From Paragordius varius (lineage: Eukaryota > Animalia > Nematomorpha): a DNA stretch of 64,000 nucleotides. Shown piece after piece: positions 39,882 through 51,831 of this stretch; within the stretch, counting starts at the first letter, position 1, and every line of letters begins with the position of its first letter. Location of the stretch: the NCBI GenBank assembly GCA_964247055.1, contig OZ176059.1, forward strand, positions 2,976,001-3,040,000. The letters are read 5' to 3'. The translations under genes were made by a program, and so were the position numbers. The notes beneath the pieces are model-generated. The model saw nothing but the letters and a program-made list of their open reading frames with translations. It had not been told where the DNA came from and did no database searches.

Positions 39882-39903
39882 GGGGGGGGGGGGGGGGGGG
39901 GGG
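39882..39903 (+). repeat. G22 homopolymer
   Basis: 22 consecutive G, next to a degenerate two-unit ~177-bp tandem repeat (about 39960-40330). Confidence 0.9.
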
Positions 39904-40730
39904 CTATTTGAAAAAGGGATAATAAAATGATCTACATATGTGGTTTATTTCGAAACATTATTTAATAACTATAATCTCATAGGAATTTTAAAACGGTGCA
40001 TTTATACTAATATATTGTTTACTTGGGCGAAAATAGTTCAAAAAATTATTTTTGTGGACTTTTTTTGAAAAAAGTGGCATTTTACTGGGGGAGCGGGTAA
40101 AAAGAGGGCCTTAACCAAAAAAGCTAGCCGACATGTTCGGCGCAATCGGAAATAATTAAACAAAAATCATATTTGAAATTGAATGGTCCAACACGTTCTC
40201 CGGAAAATTGTCTCAAAGACACGATTTTTGTGGACTTTGATTTTTCTAAAAAAATTATTTTTTACACGGGTGGGCCCGAACTGGGGGACTAATTCAAAAA
40301 AAGGCTAAGCTCTTGTCGGGGCATTTATTAATGATTATATTTTTTCGATATTTGGATTTGAATGGGATTATTGGTTTTCCGGAAACAGATAACAAAACCA
40401 CCACTTTCCATTTTTATAAATATATAGATTATCTAATATTATTTTAAAATTTAAATTTTGCAAAAAAATATTATCTAATAATAATTTATTTAATGTGTCA
40501 TATTAGACATGTTAACAATAATAACTAAAATATAACAATAATATATATAAATATATATATATATATAACGTACAATTCACTACTCATTATGTAGCAATTT
40601 TATATTTCACTAAATAAAACTATGGCAAATTAATTAAAACATTTTATCTCAAAATAATTAATATAATAATTTTTTGGCAAAGATAGGATTAAATTAGGCA
40701 TCTTACCTTAGCTATTTTGTTATATATAAT

Positions 40731-43700
40731 TTAATCAGGTTTACTACATATCTCTGGTCCGGTACGTGAGTATTTATATTTAGTGTTATGTTTTGAAGTT
40801 CCAATAAAATTATCCTGGTTACAGTCATCATGAGTGACATATTTTTTATATGTGGTCTCTTTCAACACACCAAATTTTTTGCATTTATATCTTCGATTTT
40901 GAAACCTAATAAAATTATATTATATATTTATTATTCATCAGCCATTTAAATCACCGGGTACCCAACACAAATGATTTGGATCAAAAAAAAATCCCGTGGG
41001 TCGCAAAATATATAGGCATAAATAAATTTTTTTATTAAATTATTGTAAACAAAAGATTGTAAAAACTACCATTAATTTTAACATTCTAGTGTTTACTGCC
41101 GAATTCGGAAAGTATTATTGAAAAAATATATTAAAAAAAATAATTTTATTTGGATTTCGTAAAATTGTGCATTTAAGAAATTTCTTGCAGGCTTCAGAAT
41201 AATTTTGGAGGACCGCGTGTTGGCTACCCCCGATATAGATGAATATATGAAATTATACCAAATTTTGACTTGAGTATTTGTAAGTTTAATGCTTTTGGCC
41301 AATTTGTCCCTTTCATACGAGGTTAAATACGTCTTGGTAGCAAATATTTTTTCAAGTTCTCGTATTTGAGCCTGGGTAAATAGGATACGTTGTCTGCGTT
41401 TAACTGAACTACCTACGACATAATCAGTGCTATTATCATTTTCATGTTTTTGTCTATTTATGTCATTTTTATCCATATCATTATTTTTTATATTTTGATT
41501 GTTAATGCATAAATTGTCCACTCTCTCCTTATTATCAATATCTACTACATTATTAGGAATTGTTTGATTATGAATGCTACAAAAGTTATATGGCATATTA
41601 TGTGTTGGATTAGTTAATGTTGTATGTCGCGAATTTGTCAATTTCGTCCCATTTGCACAATGATAGGGTACAAGCGTTGTAGTAGACCCATAACAAAACT
41701 GTTTTTCTCGTTTTGTGTCACCGTGTTTTTGGAGAGTTTGACACAGTGCAATTAACGTTGAATTTTTCAACCCTAAACATGTTTTATTATTGGCATTTTG
41801 TTTACCCGATAATTTTTTCTGGGTAACCGCGTCAATTGGTTCATCATGAATGTGGCCTATATCGGATTTTGTTGAATCAGAAATAAAGTTTTCGTCGACA
41901 TTGGGACTGTCACCAGTAATATTGGGATTCGTTGGATTGTTTTGAGTATAAGATGGTAAAAATATATGTTGAACAGTATTTTGATTGCGTAAATTTTTTG
42001 ATTCTCCTATCCCTGAGTCAAAATTAATCAAAAATTTTTTGTTTTGATTGATATATGATTTATCATCTTGTGGTGAGGCTTGTTTATTCAGTATGTTTTT
42101 GGTCAGATTTTCATAGCATGATAAGCCAGTCCCATTTCTCTATAAAATGGCATACTTATACATATATTGAATATTGATTATATTTAGTTAGAGGACAAAC
42201 ATATGAATTCGGTTTATTTTTGGCCATAAATTTGGACCAATTATTAACATATAAACATTTAACTATCACAATTAAATATATTTTAAATTTAATTAAATAC
42301 AAACTTTTAACTGTGTCGCAATGAATTTAAATATTAAAATTTGTAAATTTTAAAGGCATAGTTGATAAATTAGACAATTCCATCAAATACAATATCAGTT
42401 CAATGGATCTTTTTAATTTTTCAATTTGAAAATTAGGTTAGTGTACCATAATTAATATTAATCCAGTTGAAATATTTTCCCAAAATTTCCAATAAACAGC
42501 CACCTTTTACTGAATTGTAATGCGCCCTTTGATATAATGCATTACAGCGTATTCCCCAAAACAATTGATATAAATAATTTTTATATGAAAAACCTATGTA
42601 TTTTTTTACCAGGGTGTCTTGCACAAATGGCTTCGAGGGCAGCATATTTTTACTCAGAAAAAACGCCGGGCCGCATTCCCAAAAATATATGGGCATCGAC
42701 AAATATTTCAATTGATTTTTTTTAATATATATAACTGTAAAAAAATTGCGATCACAATATAACTACTATTTATTTTAACAATTTCTACTTTATTGCCAAA
42801 ATTTGGGGAGAGACGTACGTAGTCATAAAATTTGTTTAAATATTAACTAATTTTGCAAATAGTAATTTTTAATTATAAAATTAGGAATTTGATATTTTTA
42901 AAATTTCCTCAGGCGGTATTTTCGGAAAGGTATGCGGTTCGCGTATCTTACACTCCCTGATTTAAATAATAACCATTGGTGTTTTTAGAGCTTAACACCA
43001 ATGTATCGAAAAAACAGCGCACATTTTTTAGTTATTTGAAGACAGCGTTCATATATATATTATATGTTAACACGTTGACGGACAATTGCGGCTATAGCCG
43101 TCAAAGCGAAGTTCACAATGTGGCATGACTGCTATAGCCGTCCAAAACGAAACGGTCGTTTTTAGACACTACGGCTATAGCAGCACAAATGTGCACTTAC
43201 TGGCGTATACGTAGAAGCATAGTGTCGTGTTTTGAAAACATCTTTTTAGGTTGAAGTTCATATTTCACCTGTTATACGAGTTGCAGATTCAGTATGCACG
43301 TGGTTGTGAAGGGAGTAGTGCGATCGTGTTTTCTATTGAATTTATAGTTCTTATTGATACCCTTAACGATTAATTAAAGGTATAATCAAAATTAAGTTTA
43401 TTTAAGCAGAAAGAGTAAAACTATACTTCTAACATTCTAAAAATCACAAAAACATATAGTGTCGATTTTCGAACTTCGCTTGTTCCTACTGTCCGTCAAC
43501 GTGTTAAGAGTTAAAAAAAAGTGTTATACCTGCATTACCGTTGTAAGATAGTATAAATAATATTTTTGATAGGCATTCTGCCACGCATTCAGATAGTATG
43601 TATAATAAAGTAATTTTAATTTGAACGATGTCCCTTGCTCGGTATCCGCGGTTTTGTGGATAGATGATATATTTTTATGATTATTATCTTTATTTAAATC

Positions 43701-44075
43701 ATCAGTTATCTGTTGATTTGCCATTGTTTGTGGGTATAATCGTTCTAAAAAATTTTAATTCATATAAAAATGATGGTGTATGGATAAAAAACGACACAAA
43801 AATGATAGTTATATAATGTTTAAATTATAAACGTGCCACTATAGTATTGTTTAAAATATTTATTTATCATTAACAGTTTTAACTTTATTTTATATACTTG
43901 TTAACTCTGATATGAATGATAAAGTTTGGTCATCCTTATATTGATAGCAATTTGTTTTCCCCTCACTAGGGTCTATATTTTCCATTGCTGCATTCCTTGG
44001 GTTGCGGGCTATTTTTATCAAAGATGATTCATTAACTGTCAACAAATCATTAATTGTAAATGTGGAATTTATCAT
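40731..44075 (-). CDS. NK2-class homeobox transcription factor, most like NK4/tinman/Nkx2-5
   Basis: Exons 44075-43898, 43744-43539 (or 43530), 42139-41259, 40905-40731. N-terminal TN/eh1 motif STFTINDLL. Spliced homeodomain KRRQRILFTQAQIRELEKIFATKTYLTSYERDKLAKSIKLTNTQVKIW|FQNRRYKCKK has the NK-diagnostic Tyr54; the intron splits the Trp48 codon (TG|G). Confidence 0.88.
40954..41232. mobile_element. H1 MITE inside the homeobox-splitting intron
   Basis: CCGGGTACCCAACACAAATG..GGAGGACCGCGTGTTGGCTACCCCCG; interior colinear with the 34223 copy. Confidence 0.7.
42610..42959. mobile_element. H1 MITE
   Basis: CAGGGTGTCTTGCACAAATGGCTTCGAGGGC..GCGTATCTTACACTCCCTG. Confidence 0.65.
43071..43503. mobile_element. 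piggyBac-like non-autonomous element P2 (433 bp) in NK gene intron 2
   Basis: Perfect 14-bp TIR CACGTTGACGGACA/TGTCCGTCAACGTG flanked by TTAA on both sides; three internal GCTATAGC palindromic repeats near the left end. Confidence 0.9.
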
Positions 44076-44747
44076 TATAAATTAAAGAAAAAATGAGAAT
44101 TTGCGGGTGAGCGTAGGTTGATTGGTAAAAAAAGGTTTGATAACAAGACCCATGTATCTTGTAAAAAGAATTGGAATTATGAATTACATTTTTTTATCAA
44201 ATGTGTAAGATTCAAGTAGTTTATATTTATACTTAGGTATCAATATTGATATTGCTTAATTATATTTTTATAAAAACAAAATTAAAAGTTTTATTTGTAT
44301 ATATTAGCACGATAAGATTTACAGATTTTTCCCGTTTAAATTTGAGGGGGGAGGAGGAGGGGATTAATACTAAACAATACAGCGAAATAAATTTCGATGA
44401 TGATTTATGCAAAAAATTAATAAGTTATATTTTAACAATTTTTATAACAAATTTTATAACAATATAAATATTGTTAGCTATCAATTATCTTATACTCAAA
44501 TATTTAGTTGAGTTGAGTAACTTTGTTTGATGAGTTTTAAATGGTTTTTTTTGCTAAAAAGTATTAACAACATATCGATGAGTTTATCATATTGAGTAAA
44601 TCATGGTATATCAAAAGAAGAATATTACAATCTATAACAATATATATAGATATGTATAATTTGGAGTAGGGATTAACAATGATTGAATTTATAAAAAACC
44701 AATCATAATACATAATATGTGAATTGTAAAAAGTAAAATAATATAAA

Positions 44748-44788
<41 letters not shown>

Positions 44789-46888
44789 GACAAATATCTA
44801 ATTAATCCGTTTTCTAAAACTTTCGGGTTAAAACGATCATTAACTTTCTTTTTAATTTTTAACATCTTAATTACTTAATTTGGTTTTGAAAATTGAACAA
44901 AATTGAATTGTGACTTTTGGTTGTGTAAATGTCCAAAATTTTGGTAAAAATATTTTTAAAAATTCCAGAATAATCACAAAACTGTCAACAATGTAAAAGA
45001 AAACGAAAACCAACTAACATAATAGAGTTATATTTGTTCCGTTACAGAATTAATTATATTTTGACATTATTATTATCTGTGGACATATATAAATTTTTGA
45101 AAAAGATTTAAAAACATTAATTACAAATTAGAAAATACGTGTAAATTTTTTGAAACTTAATTATTATTTGGAAGTGATGGTTCAATTAAAAAATATTCCA
45201 TGAGAGTTTATGATTAACTTTTTGGATTTTAGTTTGTGCCATTTTGAGGAAATTTTTAAAAATCGACATTATTTCACTTCCTCAAATATTATGGTGTTTG
45301 ATTTAAAAAAATTTGGTATTATATTTCTAAAGTTTATTTGATTTCTTATAGCATCTAAAATTTTGCACAAAATTATATATTTTTATTTAAATTCTCCCTT
45401 GAACAAATCATTCACCCCCGAACACCCTCAAATAAATTAAATATTTTTTAAAATTAAACATTACCTATATTATATATTTCTAAAAAATATCTTTATTTTA
45501 TAAAATAATACTGAAAAAATAATAAACTCTGCCAAAAAGAAATTCATATTAAAATGAGTTATAATATTTAACAAACACAATTTATTTTTAGGATGTTGTG
45601 TTAAGACTTTTTTGCAGGAAGTATAATGCGTATTGATGTACCGATTCATACTGAGCATATACGGCAAAGAGCATTATTATTGGCTAATAATAACTAAAAA
45701 TGTTAATAATGCATACTTACCCATCCATACTGTATTTTATTTATAAAGATACAGGTAAAATGAAGTAGTTATTTTTTTTAAAAAAAAGACTAATTGTTTG
45801 GTTCCTATTTATATAGATTTATTTAATTTACTGGCGTTTCATATTATATTGACTCTAGAACTTTATAATCGATCATTATTCGCGCTGCATGAAGGGGACT
45901 TTAAGTTACTAAATATAATATAAAGGATAAGCATACTTAACTTTATGATTTTTTGCCTTAAATCTTAATTTTGGGTTATACGTTTATAGTAAATTAAGTC
46001 GCAGTCTGAGCACCTTTCTCATTGAGAAAAAATAGGGATTAAACGCCTATTAGCGACTTGGATGAATAACATGATATGTAAGGGATTTAGAGCTGGACTC
46101 TTTTTGTTTAAGCTAGAAAGGGTTTCGATGGGTTAACCATATTGTTTCGTCTATTTTCCCACAATCTGTGGCCTTAAATCGAATACAATTTGTTGTAAAT
46201 TTGTTTTTTTTTCGGTTTATAAACAACAAATAGTTAATTTTCAAATTTCACAACAATGTCACATCCCAAACCTTTCATTTGTGTCTTTTAATTCATATAA
46301 AATTAACTAAAGGCTTATAGAAATCAACATATATGATATAATATATAAAAATGTATTTGCTATTGGTAAATTTTTATTATAATAGTTAATTATAAATATC
46401 ACAATAGCTACTAGTTTCAAATCCACAAAAGGGGATTCGTTTTCAAGTCGAAATCATGGCAAAAATATCTATATATACGTAAAAATATTTAATACTTAAT
46501 TGGTCAATCGTTTTTGATGAGGAATTTCAATTAATTGTTAATAGCCAAATGATGATTATGCTAATTGTAATATTTTCCAATATGGAATTTAATATAATTG
46601 TTCGATTTTCTATTATTTTTATATTTACAAAGTTCTAGATCCAGAGCCTCTCTGATGATTTTACCTTTATAAACATTAATATTAATACAACTAACTTTAT
46701 GGAAAAAGTTTTAGCATAAGAAAAAATACCGATAGACCTGGAGTCTACACGATAATATAGTGATAAAGTTTATGTATGACAAACTAGTACAAAAATTTAA
46801 TACGATAATTAACGACATGTCTCAAATAAATATTAAAGGCAATGCTTTAGCAGAGTACGCCTTAGATTTGTGATATACCATTTTTTAG

Positions 46889-47070
46889 CCAAAAGCAACA
46901 TTTTTACAACAAAACGCCACATTCTTTCTCCAAACACAACACTTTTTCAAGCAAACTCCACATATTTTCATCCAAATGTAACATTTTTTCGTTTGTCTTT
47001 GTTGAAAAATGTTGCATTGCTTGAAAAAATGTTGCGTTTGGTTAAAAAAATGTTTCTTTGATTGAAAAAT
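46889..47070. repeat. Degenerate 21-bp minisatellite arranged as two inverted blocks
   Basis: About five units like CAAAAGCAACATTTTTACAAC followed by about four reverse-complement units like TTGAAAAAATGTTGCGTTTG. Confidence 0.6.
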
Positions 47071-48249
47071 AATATAGTCAAACGGTGGCCCTAAAAGTGC
47101 CTTTTTATGGCCCTAAATTATTTATTAAATTTTTGATGTATTTTTTTTGAATATTGATATCTAAAAATATAATCAGTTAGGAAATCCTTATCTATTATAT
47201 AATATGGTGGAGGGTCCTAGAAACAAGATAGGTGTTTTGTCAACCTTTTTGATTTTTTATTGATTATCGCTGCTTAGATTACCATCTAATTTATATTCGA
47301 AAAGTAGTTAGATCAATATTATATATTAAAGATCGAATTTAGTGAAGCTTTAAAAAAAATTAAATAAAATTAATAACCTAGACGATGGATACATCATAAA
47401 TTTATCGTGAATTCAATCATAATTAACACAAAGATATTTTAACTATTAAATAAATTATTTCTTATCAAAAACTATTGTATATTAAGTCTTAAAATTTTTA
47501 CAGTAGTATGTACCGATTATTTTTTACTTCAGCGACTAGAAAAGGAAACCCCTCTTGTAAAACTAGTGGATTGTGATTTTACCATTTTTAGTTTGGTATT
47601 TAAATTAATATTTTAATATTTTGTAATTTGGAATTTCATGCCTAGCCCTGATTCATTAAATTTTTTTCTTATTTAATTTCAGTATATTTATGAGCGATTA
47701 GGTTTAGTTTATGCAATCCAAAAGCTTGTTTAACATAAAAAGTATCACATGGAAATGATTAGGCTTGAGAATCGGTCCCGTAACGACTTTAAAATTTATG
47801 GAACTCGATTTTGATTTTATTTTTTTACGAGAAACCATGACTCTATATTTATTTTTTTAAACAAAATTTCCGTTTATATTGTCCAGGAAAGCATTGGCTC
47901 TCGTTCCATGTTTCATACTGAAAAGTTTTTAGAAACTAAACTTTCCCTCAACACCTCGATATTTGATATTGCAATTTAAATATAATAAGATAAAAATAGG
48001 TAGAATTTGATTGAGAGATAGATTTGAGAAAATGCGTGAGTTGTAATTCGACAACATAATAAATCAAATTATTATTATTAATAACTAGTTTTATCTATTG
48101 TTTTTTTGATAAAAATGATTTTTAAAAACTGCAAAAATTTTATTTACTGGTTTAGATTGCTCGGAAATTGATAAATTTATCATATTTAAAGAATTTCGAT
48201 GATTTAAACATTATAAAACAAAGGCTCGATTATTAATAGTTTTTTCTTA

Positions 48250-49330
48250 GTGGGTAAATATAAAATATTATACCAATATTAAAAGTCACGCCTTATTTAA
48301 CTTGTGGCGTGTTTTCTTTGAGACGGAATAAGGTACTGAAATTACCCCCTCCACATTATTAAGACAAACGTAACGACTTGCGGATACATAGAGAATAACG
48401 CCGTCCCTCCGGGGTTTCATTTTTGTCGTCATTACTAATACTATTGTTAATGTTACTGCTCCTAATTATACCATTACCCGTTCGTCAGCTATAATCTGGG
48501 GGTTTATAATACCAATTAGAAGGGTGTGTGGTAACATATGGAAATAAGTTGGAACGGGCTCTTGATGGGGGATTGCATAGCTAGCTCATAGAAAAGTAAT
48601 GCGAACTTGAGTGCAATGGCATTGGTTTTTTTATAAGCATTAAATACAAAATGATGAATCGTGATTTTGAAATCACTATTTACCCGATTGCCTTACAAGC
48701 AAAATGTCCTGAGCTCGATCTTCAGCGAAACCACCAGGGCATGCATAACGGCAAAAGCATGTTTCTAAATAGGATATTACTATTATTGACTGTTCGTAAC
48801 ATCTACCTCCACCCAATGTGCAATGATAAATTAGTACCGCCAGTATAAGTTTTCCATAGGCCCGGAGATATTTAGGTGGAGCCGTTCCCTGGTATTCGCA
48901 TTCTATTGAGCATTTGGGCGCTAAGTGCGCATTTTTTCATATATTAGCCAAACCCGGGCCAGTAACCCTTTTTTACGGCCCAATAGTTTTAGCATGTATG
49001 CCTGGATGGCTATTATGCAGGTACTTGAAAATTTGTGGCTTAACTTTGTCCGGAATTATTGTATTTCCTAAAAATTATAAACCATATCCTCAATTATTTA
49101 TCGCCAAAGGTTTGACCAGGGGGTCAGTCCAATTATTGGACCAGGACTAATTTCAATTTCGCTATCGTGGAATCACTATTTAAATTTGATACGCTTGGAT
49201 TAAATCAACTGACCTTGCTACTCTCTGTGCCTTTCTCAAATATCATCGGCTGTTGATTTTTAAAGTGGAATCTCGAACGACAGTCACCTATGTTTTATCT
49301 ACTAATGTAATCCTCTTCTTATATTTAATT
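48250..49330 (-). mobile_element. Decayed Ty3/Gypsy 3' pol fragment (RNase H end, integrase) with polypurine tract
   Basis: Frameshifted or stop-interrupted peptides GDCRSRF (ADxLSRLP-like), IIPDKVKPQIFKYLHNSHPGI..YWPG..C (HHCC finger region), RERLHLNISGP; PPT-like GGAGGGGG near 48345. Confidence 0.75.
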
Positions 49331-49559
49331 ACCACGCATATATATATACGGCACAAAATATAGTTTACCCAATATTTTCTACACCAAATTTCCATACATT
49401 AAATTCTTATGCTATAAATATACCCGTCACATTTTGGAGCGGTCGATTTTTTTTAATTTTGTTTTATCGCGATCAACTATATATTGAAACGTATGATAAG
49501 TTTTGAGTAATACATAAATTATATACGTCGTAAATTAATTGTTAATAACATTTCCTTAA

Positions 49560-50870
49560 ACAATAATATAAAAAATATTTTTGCGCTCTCGCCGACATTT
49601 CGAATGTAACAAAACTTGAAAAATTTTACTTTCCCCGATTTGCACGATGTATGCTGGGAAGAAATCGAGGCTGGTCAGAAAATATCCAACAAACAAAGAA
49701 CACATTTTTATCGCGTTTTGAATTTTTAGAGCGGAAAGATATCCTGGACAAATATTTTTAGATCTGATTAGAATTAAAACATTGCGCAAACGTGCAATTT
49801 TCATGAATTGATTATACATATTCATCTGTGGACTTAAAGACAAAAAACTTGAAGCATAATGCATCCAGATCTAACAAGGATCACGAGCAGTAAGTGAGTT
49901 TAAATGCAGTAATAAATCTACCCTAGATTATGAAAACTTCAACGTGGAGTTTGACACGGCTAGGGTTAGATGTTTAACAAATGATAGTAATGAAAATATT
50001 ATGATAATAAACTTGGATATGATATATATATGATCAATAAAAGAGGTTGGATTAAGTCTCCCCCGCCCGCAATAAAGATATCATGTTCTCAAAGTGGCTG
50101 CTTTCATCAGTCCAGGATGTGTCCGGCATTCGACAAAGCATGTTATCGGTGTCAGAGGTTACTGCCTGTTTCAAAATTAGGTATGTTAATTAATTAAATT
50201 TAAAACCCCAAATTATTATATTAAACAAAACTCGTTTCGAAATGTTATTCGACACGGGGGCAGACATATCTTGAATTAACTTTCAAACTTGGTGCCGAAT
50301 AGGCAAACTAGAATTATTCCTATAAATTTCAAAATAAATACATATGATAACAATGATACACATATAATAGGAAGAAGCACAGATCCCTAAATAAAATAAG
50401 TAAGATCATCACGTATTATATTACGAATATCGACCTTCCTCTTATTTTTGGAATGGGTTAGATCAATTTATTGATATCCCCCTCCTAAATAAACTATTTG
50501 TGCATAATTTAGCTCACACAAATAATATTTTTAATAAATTCATGGTTAGAAGATAAATTAGGTTATTGGAATGGGCAGCCCATTATGATACATTTAACAA
50601 AGAATGGTAGGGGGAGGGTATTTCCGGCCTGGAGAGTTCCTATTGATTTACAAGAAAAAATGAGCAATGAAAAAAAAGAATATTAACTTAGGAATCATCA
50701 AACCCGTTGACCCGAAACAATCAAAAATTTGTTGGTCTGCCCGATAGTCAATGTATTAAAATCTAATAAAGCATTAAGAATTTGTGCAGATTTTAAGGTA
50801 ACAATTAATAATACATTCTAACAACACCATATTTAATCCCCCTATTTGATGATAAAAATGCCGCGAATCA
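49560..50870 (+). mobile_element. Decayed Ty3/Gypsy gag-protease-RT fragment
   Basis: gag-like SRFEF..PGQ..FICGLKD, zinc-knuckle remnant C..H..CPAFDKACYRC (~50075-50155), protease FDTGADIS (~50240-50263), RT PIVNVLKSNKALRICADFKVTIN (~50740-50810); stops and frameshifts throughout. Confidence 0.8.
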
Positions 50871-51831
50871 TCTTGTGTGGACACCCCTCTTAGACGATTA
50901 ACGGGTATGGTAAAATCAAATCGATTTCAGGATTGTAAGATGAGTGATATAATAGACCAAATCCCGCCTTCTATCTCACAACATATAGAATCAATAAGTA
51001 AATACAAAATGATTCATATGATAAAACTTAACAACGTAACAAATCTAATGTTTTGTTTTTAAATTATCCTATTAAAAATTAAAAACGAGCTGAAAAAATC
51101 ATTACTTAAAAACTAGACTAAGCACTACAAAAACACTTACATAAAATAAAAAGCCTCATTTAGACGGATAAGAAACAATATCGATATATGTGTCTTAAAG
51201 TACCCTAAAATTTATCATATTTTTATAAATGAAAATTTAAAAAATAATTATGCATCACTTTTATGATAATGAAATAAGTTTGATTGTACAAATTGTCGAA
51301 ATAAAAAATATATATGTATGTATGATCACATGGTTGAATATATCACTCATTAATAGAGATATGTATATGCTTAACAAGGTGTAAATATAAACATTTGTTT
51401 CAATAAAATATATTTAGACAATATATATATGATCGTTATTAGGTAAATGGTAACAGAAAATTATGAAAATATATGGCGCGGAATAAAATATGGCTTTAAA
51501 ATAATAACAACAAAGGGATAATGGAATGGATTGTCGGTAAATGCATGCACAGATATGGGATTATAAAATATTTTATTAACACCAAATCATCCTGTAAGTG
51601 GCTATGTTGCTTATTTTTTAATTCAAGCATGCATATCGGATGAACACAAAGATAATACCGAGTAAAGAATAATGCAAAGCCCATTAATTAAAAAATTAAC
51701 CACCAAAATTCTGGTTTGTAAAATAAAACTCATATATAGACATAAAGTATAACAACATATTGAAAATATAAAAAATGATTGTGTACAAAATAAATAAGTA
51801 AATCAATTGAATCCAAGAGGTGTGCTTAAAT

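Noticed and set aside
41093-42031. 312-aa ORF as a complete gene with an aberrant homeodomain (KIWYNF)
   Set aside because: It is exon 3 plus intron read-through; a GT donor in the Trp codon splices to FQNRRYKCK at 40905.
51496-51684. ORF downstream of the collagen containing YLCVH, as a possible duplicate last exon
   Set aside because: Similarity limited to four residues; other Cys motifs absent.
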